A stretch of 63,817 nucleotides of DNA, the filler included, from Stramenopiles sp. TOSAG23-3 (lineage: Eukaryota): assembly GCA_900128585.1 (NCBI GenBank). It is 10 parts of 10 records of this genome, joined end to end, with 100 filler letters (N's around TTAATTAATTAA, not from the genome) between each part and the next. Parts side by side here need not be neighbours in the genome. Positions count along the whole stretch, not along the records: positions 57,552 to 63,817 come from LT643350.1; 9 more parts are not named here. One strand, given 5' to 3'. The translations under genes and the position numbers were made by a program. This document shows positions 57,552 through 63,817 of the stretch, one piece after another; the stretch's first letter is position 1; each line of letters starts with the position of its first letter. The notes beneath the pieces are model-generated. The model was not told where the DNA came from and searched no databases. It worked only from the letters and a program-made list of their open reading frames with translations.

Positions 57552-57839
57552 GCCCCAAACGAACGTTTATAAATTGTTTGCCCTCCATTGACTTGGAATT
57601 ACGGTTCCTAGGGACAATTTTTTGTGAAATTGACGATTTGGACCAAATATCGCGCGGACAAACACTTATTCATTTGTAGGATTGGGGGAAACGAGCCATA
57701 GTGTCACAATTTCATGTATCTGACAAGGTGTTTGGCTGTTTAAAATTATGTAAATTATCTTGTTTTCATAAAGATCTCTTCGTTTGAAATAGTTAACACA
57801 AAGTCGTTTGCCATTTTTCAATTCCGCGCCAAAGATACT
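57552..57839 (-). mobile_element. Second, contig-truncated copy of the 14540-14965 MITE-like element
   Basis: Reverse complement shares AGTATCTTTGGCGCGGAATTGAAAAATGGCAA, TAACTATTTCAAACGAAGAGATCTTT, CCCTAGGAACCG, ATTCCAAGTCA, AACAATTTATAAACGTTCGTT. Confidence 0.75.
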
Positions 57840-58053
57840 AAATTGCAAAATTCCCCTAAAAATTGCCTCGCTGTGTTGATATTCGTTAACCCTAAAATGA
57901 AAAAAACTGATTTTTGGTCGTCTTGTTTTCTTAAATAAGAAAACCTACGCTGTGTCTATATATTAAAACAGAAAATTTCATTATTTATTTTTGACTATAT
58001 AAATACTGTACGAAAAAAGAACCACCATGCTGGGAAAATTAAAGTTTTAGCCT

Positions 58054-61000
58054 TCAAAGGGCCACCGTGGTTCCAGTAGCGGCAGCAGTGATCGTGGCAA
58101 GCTCGTCGATCCGTTGTTGGACTTTGCTACCGGTTGCAAAACGCAGTTTAATGTCGTCAAGCGCGTCCACAGCTCCGCGACCAGCATTCGCCATCTCTTC
58201 CTGTGCCGCGGCGGACAAGTTGCTCGACCGAAAACGCGCTTCTATCGAAATGTCCTTGTTTTCTTTTCGCAACGCGGCATCTTTTGCGGCCTTTCCGGGG
58301 CTGCACACCAACCGCTCCTTCCGCACCCGCTGCTTTTGAACGATTATGCGCTGACCAATGTACAATTTTTTAAGGTCTTTGATATTGTTCCATTTTCTGA
58401 GCAGCTTCGCGGTTGTGTTGTAGAGCGAAGCGATTTGGGCAATATGCTGGTTTGGCTCGATAATGTGGTACTTCATCTCGTGGGTTGCCTTTTTTCCGTG
58501 AACTCGGAACGGCCATCTCCGAATCATGCCATCATTGGAGACAGACATTATCAGAGTGTGGTCAAAGTCGATGGCAACGATCGGGGCTCGGTGGCCCCTC
58601 AAAGTTTGCAGGCACTGTCCGGACGATATGTCAAACGTTTTGACAGTCATGTCCCTGCTCCCAGTGATGATCTTCACTGCATCGAACTGGAGGCACAGGA
58701 TAGCCGATTCGTGGGCCTCTGTCCTCCAGAGTGAGTGGCCGTGCGTTATGGACCAAACCATCAGCGTTCCGTTAGCGGCCCCGCTGACGATTTCAGACAC
58801 GGCCAGCTTGATCGCAGTGACGGCAGCCCCGTGCCCCAGCATTCGCAACTCGCAGCTTACGTGCTTGAATGGGTTGTCTCTGCCTTCAATGATTTTCCAG
58901 ACGCGAACTTCATAGTCGGACCCCCCGGTGACAAACCTAGTCGGTCCCACGTGGATGCACTTCGGGGCCCGCTTGTGCCCTGTCAGCGTCGCTACGAGCT
59001 CAAAAGTCTTCGCGTTCCAGACGCGAACTTCGTTGTCTGCACTCCCCGATACTATTTTTACCGCGTCGGCATCGATGGCGCACACGGTCGCATTGTGGCC
59101 TTTGATAACCGCAAGATGCTCGTGCTTCCCCAGCTCCCATACCATGATTGTTTTGTCCATCGACCCACTGAACAGGCGGTTTCCGTAGAAGCACAGGCTA
59201 CTTACCATCTTCGTATGACCACTGACTTCTCCAATGTGCTGGCCCTTCGTGTCTCCTTCGATTATCCGCTCGCACGTGCCTTCCATGTCGTGAAGATTCA
59301 GTCGTTTCCCAGACGCAAATGCGAACATGTCAATACCACCAGTTACCCCGCCGAGCACGTCGTGCCCTCGTGCGTTGACGGGGTTCAGGCAGCAAGCTCT
59401 CATCAACTCCTTGTCCAGCGCTCGCTTCATTATCACCCCGTTTTCTGTGTCGAGTTCCAGGAACAGTTCGTTCAAGTCGTCCTGGGTGTTGGAGCACCTT
59501 ATCTCGGCCCTGCGCCGTTCCTTCTTCATTTCGGCAATCTTTTTATCAAATTGTACAATGTACTCGTTCAGGGACTTCCTCAACTCCTTTACGTTGAACC
59601 TTTGAAACGCCCCGTGTACCGAGTCGGAATCCATGTATATAGACTCGCTGTTGTCGGCCTTTATCAGTTGCGCCCTCATGTGGTCCTGAAAGTCTTTTGC
59701 ATTCTTAATGTCTTTCGTTATTCGGTCCGGTTCCTCACGTAGCTTTCTGAGTTTTTCTTGCAGTTCACGAATTTCCCTACGGACGCGGGGAACACACGCC
59801 GTGCACGTTTCAATGAAGAACGGGTCCGTTTCGTCCGCAGTAGAAGTGGAACACCGCTTTTGCAGTTCCGTCAGGCCTTCGAAAACTTTTTGCCGCTGCT
59901 GCTTGCCGTGGAGCTCAATTTTGTCTGCCATCATGTCATTCAGCCGAATGCCGTCTGCATCGTTAAGCTCTTTGAATATGGCGGATTTGAGCCGGTAGCA
60001 CCGTGCCACATTTAACAAGTCCTGCATCATGCTGTACAATCGCAACGCGCGGTCGGCAAACCGAAGCGCCGTTCTGTGCTGAATCTGCGCCTCATACGCG
60101 GCGCCCATTCCGAAGTAGCTGTCGGCCAAAGTCTTCGTCGACCGGGCTTCTCTCGAGAGAGCGATTGAACGATCGAAGTGAACGATCGCCTTTTCCGGCA
60201 ATTGCATGTTAGTGTAAACTTCCCCCATCCCGCACCAGGCCCTCGCCATCATCAGAAGGTTGCCTTTCTCCTGCATTAGGTACGAAAAAGATAAATAATG
60301 CTTCAAAGCCTTTTCAAAGTCTCCAGATTTGGAATAACTCTGACCAAAGTTGTAACCAGCCAACTCCAGGGCCGTTAGACTTTTCTCAATCTCCTCTTCG
60401 TTCTCCGCCTTATAGGTTTTAAAAAATTCTTTTCCTTCTTCGTATATACGCTGTTGCACCACAGTTCGCCTGGAGTTGTCCAACAACCCCTGCGATTTTG
60501 ATACGATGTCAAGGACAGTCGCAGTCTCCTTTTCCAAATTTTGCCGGAACTGTGAAGTTTTTTCAAGTGCTTGCGTTCCTGCCCCACCTTCTACAGCTTT
60601 GCTCTCTTCAAGGATCCTGGCAAGATCCCTAAGGACGTCCTTCCAGTGCTGAAATGCTCCGTGAAGTTCAATGTTCATGAATCGTCGAATAAACTTTCCT
60701 ACGATCCCACGATCCCCTTGGCGATTGTGGACGTACTCTTTCCAAGCATCAAAAGCATCGTGAAGGCCCGAGGAGCTCCACTCCTCTAGTTTTGCCTGGG
60801 CGGCCTTCTCACGCTCGGCTTCCTTCTGAAACGACAAGTATGCCGCCCGCCGGTCTTTCAGCTTTTCCTCAAATTTCATCTGATGCTCCAAGACTGCATT
60901 TGCCTGGTTTTCTAGCTGTATCATTTCCTCTTTCCCCTTTGCTATGTCGTCCAGCCGGGCCTCTAGCTCTCCTATGAGCACCTTCTGCAGCCCAGTCGTC

Positions 61001-63096
61001 AGAAAGCGCTGGGGCTTGTGGTGCATCACGTCCGAGTCCATAAATCTGCCCGGGAACAGCATGGCGCGGTCCAGCTCTGGTTGGACTTCATCTGCCCGCT
61101 TGGCCCAGAGCTTTATGTTGTGAAACACTTCCGCACGCTGTGCTATAATATTGGCCCGCTGCTGGATGTCGTCGTTTATAATTTTATTGAGCTCTTTGAT
61201 GCGTACCGTGAACTGTCGTTCACGAACCTGGTGCTTTCTTTCGAGCAGAGCCCTTGCTCTCTCCTTGTCGGCCTTCCGTCTCGCTCTCGCGTCCATAACC
61301 GGCTTTTTCTTACGAGTCGCAAATTCGTAAATGTCGTCGTCGTCGTCTTCGTCTTCGTTTTCATCAACACTCCCCTCTCCGAATTCAGCGAGAGGATCAG
61401 GTTGTTTTTCCACCTGGTTTAATGCAGCTGCATCGTCGTTCCCACCAGTAGCCTCCCTGTGCTTGGCTTCAATTTCTGCGATGGTCGGGCCTTCGATCTC
61501 ATTGACGGCAGCCTTCAGTCGATCCTCACGGGCTTTTATCCTAGCGTCCTCGTTGGCTTCATCACGTTCGGCAAGTTTCAGTTTACCTTCCAGTATCTCT
61601 ATGAAGTTGCTTCGTTCAAAACGCTGCATAAAGCCCTGATACAGATTGGACTCAATAAACTTCCCCCTTGCCTTTTTTGCCCGAGCCAGCTCCTGGCGGA
61701 ACACTTGAGAACTGCGCGGTGGTTTTGTTTGAACCTTCATAATTTCTTTGCTCGGAGGCCCCCGGTGCCCAAAAGAGTTTATGGCGGTCACTATAATCAT
61801 CCTGACCGACTCGTCGCCTTTGAGGTCTTTTATTACGTATGATGTTGCAGGGCTGTCCAGCGTTATCGTATCACGCACATCGACCATTCCGGGCTCCTTT
61901 CCCTTTTCAATTGCAGACTGCTTTATATGAGTGTACTGGACTTCATATGTAAAAGACTCGTCCCCCCCCGACCCACCAGAAAACAGGGGAGCAGCCCACG
62001 ACAGGGATACAGTAGAAGCGCTAACTTCAGTGACCTGAAGGAACAAGCATTGTGACGGTGGCAAGGGCAGCGCCGTCTCGACAGATTCGATTTCAGAGCT
62101 AGGTTTACTAAAACCGGTACGATTGAGTGTTCTGACAGAGACTTTCGAAAATTCTGTGTCTGCTTTGAGGTTTCGGACAGTATAGCCATTGTGTGCTATG
62201 GGGTCTTCAAGGCACCAGACAGATGTCCATATTGGTGGAAGCGGTTCATATTCCATTCGTATTTTCTTCCCAACCTTCTTCTTATGCGCCAGACTCCAAC
62301 TAATTTCGTACCCTTGAATGTTTGCACCGCCGTCAAAAATGGGTTTCTCCCATCCAAAAGTAATGCTGTCACAAGTGGTCTTAAGAACCCGTACATGCAT
62401 CGGTGGCTGCGGAGGCAACGCAGTGTCCATCTTCTCTGCAGTAGTCTCATCTTTCTCTTCAGAATACACGACGACTCGGTCTTTACTAGCAGTCTCACAC
62501 CTCTGCTCGTGCTCTTTCTGCTTTGATATCAGAATGGTTTTTTGGCAATATTTACAGGCCACCGTTAAGGTTTCTTCCTTCTCTTCGGGAACGGGAGGTA
62601 GCGACTTTATTTCTGGGTTGTTGATCCCCAGGTTTCTATCGTCCTCTAACTCATTTTCTATTTTTTCTAAGGTTGTAAGGGTTGCCTGAATCGGCTTATC
62701 AATTTTCAATTTTATATCGTTTATTCGCCTCTTTGCCATGGACAGAAGAAACCGGCTGTCGCGTAGCTTCTCACTTGAACCACGATACGAGATTTCCATC
62801 GTTCTTAAAGACCGATCAAGCATCCACTGTCTATCTGCGCCATCCAAAAACTTTTCCATGCCTTTGGAGAATTTACCTATGCTTCGCTTCGTAGCCTGTT
62901 CTTCTTTTCGGACACTGTCTCGGTATTTCTTTACAATAGCCAGTTGTCGCTTCTTATTCATGATTGACTTTTTTGCAGCTGCAACTAAAGCATCGCTGCG
63001 CTCTTGGTTTCTATGCTGTTCCACACGCTCCCGAATGGCCTTAATACGCCAGTTTGCTTCCTCCTCGGCAGCTTGGCTACCTTCGGACCTTTCCAT
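58054..63096 (-). CDS. Multidomain scaffold (about 1680 aa): coiled coil, C2HC zinc finger, 2x FN3, coiled coil, TPR, WD40 propeller, LysM
   Basis: CKYC...HEQRC; WEKPIFDGGANIQGYEI; VSLSWAAP; TPR-like helices; GH...WD-type repeats; YHIIEPNQHIAQIASLYNTTAKLLRKWNNI...LYIGQRIIV; first in-frame ATG 63096. Confidence 0.88.
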   Translation of the reverse strand: MERSEGSQAAEEEANWRIKAIRERVEQHRNQERSDALVAAAKKSIMNKKRQLAIVKKYRDSVRKEEQATKRSIGKFSKGMEKFLDGADRQWMLDRSLRTMEISYRGSSEKLRDSRFLLSMAKRRINDIKLKIDKPIQATLTTLEKIENELEDDRNLGINNPEIKSLPPVPEEKEETLTVACKYCQKTILISKQKEHEQRCETASKDRVVVYSEEKDETTAEKMDTALPPQPPMHVRVLKTTCDSITFGWEKPIFDGGANIQGYEISWSLAHKKKVGKKIRMEYEPLPPIWTSVWCLEDPIAHNGYTVRNLKADTEFSKVSVRTLNRTGFSKPSSEIESVETALPLPPSQCLFLQVTEVSASTVSLSWAAPLFSGGSGGDESFTYEVQYTHIKQSAIEKGKEPGMVDVRDTITLDSPATSYVIKDLKGDESVRMIIVTAINSFGHRGPPSKEIMKVQTKPPRSSQVFRQELARAKKARGKFIESNLYQGFMQRFERSNFIEILEGKLKLAERDEANEDARIKAREDRLKAAVNEIEGPTIAEIEAKHREATGGNDDAAALNQVEKQPDPLAEFGEGSVDENEDEDDDDDIYEFATRKKKPVMDARARRKADKERARALLERKHQVRERQFTVRIKELNKIINDDIQQRANIIAQRAEVFHNIKLWAKRADEVQPELDRAMLFPGRFMDSDVMHHKPQRFLTTGLQKVLIGELEARLDDIAKGKEEMIQLENQANAVLEHQMKFEEKLKDRRAAYLSFQKEAEREKAAQAKLEEWSSSGLHDAFDAWKEYVHNRQGDRGIVGKFIRRFMNIELHGAFQHWKDVLRDLARILEESKAVEGGAGTQALEKTSQFRQNLEKETATVLDIVSKSQGLLDNSRRTVVQQRIYEEGKEFFKTYKAENEEEIEKSLTALELAGYNFGQSYSKSGDFEKALKHYLSFSYLMQEKGNLLMMARAWCGMGEVYTNMQLPEKAIVHFDRSIALSREARSTKTLADSYFGMGAAYEAQIQHRTALRFADRALRLYSMMQDLLNVARCYRLKSAIFKELNDADGIRLNDMMADKIELHGKQQRQKVFEGLTELQKRCSTSTADETDPFFIETCTACVPRVRREIRELQEKLRKLREEPDRITKDIKNAKDFQDHMRAQLIKADNSESIYMDSDSVHGAFQRFNVKELRKSLNEYIVQFDKKIAEMKKERRRAEIRCSNTQDDLNELFLELDTENGVIMKRALDKELMRACCLNPVNARGHDVLGGVTGGIDMFAFASGKRLNLHDMEGTCERIIEGDTKGQHIGEVSGHTKMVSSLCFYGNRLFSGSMDKTIMVWELGKHEHLAVIKGHNATVCAIDADAVKIVSGSADNEVRVWNAKTFELVATLTGHKRAPKCIHVGPTRFVTGGSDYEVRVWKIIEGRDNPFKHVSCELRMLGHGAAVTAIKLAVSEIVSGAANGTLMVWSITHGHSLWRTEAHESAILCLQFDAVKIITGSRDMTVKTFDISSGQCLQTLRGHRAPIVAIDFDHTLIMSVSNDGMIRRWPFRVHGKKATHEMKYHIIEPNQHIAQIASLYNTTAKLLRKWNNIKDLKKLYIGQRIIVQKQRVRKERLVCSPGKAAKDAALRKENKDISIEARFRSSNLSAAAQEEMANAGRGAVDALDDIKLRFATGSKVQQRIDELATITAAATGTTVAL

Positions 63097-63817
63097 GGCG
63101 TCTGGTTTATTAAAAAGGGTGTGGACAACGCTTACTGCAGACACATGACACTCGACGAGATGGATAGAATAGGAGAATCAATCAATTTGTTGTGTATGGA
63201 TGTGTTAATGCAGTCTGTGAAGCTATTCAAATTAACGTAAATGTTCATTAACAATTGCATTGGAAGTTAATATAAGGTAGCAAATCTGTTCGAGGAGATA
63301 TACTGACCGAAAGCTCTCTTTGTGCAGGTAAGTGGGCAGTGAGCAACCACATACAAGTATAAATAATTATTATTTTATAATTAGGACTACTACAACTTTC
63401 ATCTTCTTCTTCCTTCGGTATGTTTGTTGTTTGTTGCGAAAAAAAAAAAAAAGAAACGGAACAACTGCTTCCTCTTTCTTCATGTGCTGTTTTTCCAGTG
63501 TATTATACTACCATACTATACTACGGTACACAGTATTAATACCGGTACCGGCACAGCAGAATGAGGTAAAAAATTAGCAGCGAGGTAGGTATTACATTAT
63601 TCCACTATACAAATATTACGAGTTAGTAAGACGCGCTAATAAGCAGAAAAATGAAGCAGCGCTAACGTCTATCTGCTATTATTATTACGTTGACGAGACT
63701 GTAGACAACGGCTCCGAGTGCACAGCATCATTTAAATATAATATTATATTTAGAACGTTCCGATTTCGCCTGTATGTACTGCTGTATGTTCTCGATGCTT
63801 GTGTGTGTGCATGGTTC

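Noticed and set aside
667..63096. Alternative genetic code or stop readthrough as cause of the split genes
   Set aside because: TAA, TAG and TGA all end conserved genes at expected positions; the breaks are frame changes, not in-frame stops
1..63817. tRNA, rRNA or snoRNA genes
   Set aside because: None recognisable by eye; tRNAscan-SE and Infernal would be needed to exclude them

Overview
Eukaryotic nuclear DNA, not prokaryotic. The window is ten unlinked contigs of about 6.3 kb, ordered by decreasing length and joined by artificial 100-nt linkers (44 N + TTAATTAATTAA + 44 N), so synteny across linkers means nothing. It holds about 24 compact, apparently almost intron-free, GC-rich genes in the standard code, separated by very AT-rich, microsatellite-laden spacers. 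The organism is probably a unicellular flagellated stramenopile; this is inferred from the GGDY-type P2 C-terminus and cilium-type genes. Recognisable genes: TMBIM/BI-1 protein, RPLP2, FUT8-like GT23 (partial), RING-H2 ligase, HECTD1-like domain protein, MTFP1, UCH-L3, Sec14/CRAL-TRIO, calpain, PHD-C5HCH protein, TPR-JmjC, C2orf81-like, PSP1, ACAD, HIBADH, Kv-beta AKR, family III CoA-transferase, CCCH-ABITRAM, RPT6, an ankyrin protein, a C2/EF-hand/WW giant and an FN3-TPR-WD40-LysM giant. Best leads: (1) a C2orf81-like gene split into 0 and -1 frames at an in-phase G_GGA_AAC slippery heptamer; (2) a TIR-bounded MITE-like element found in two contigs; (3) a dispersed CAAGAAAATTGGCTGTTA repeat family lying mostly downstream of genes, alongside coding relics including a Ulp1-like fragment; (4) unusual protein architectures (split C2 domain, cytosolic LysM scaffold with a three-copy motif, ER-type JmjC, calpain with N-terminal domain-III copies). 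All family calls come from motif recognition by eye; no searches were run.
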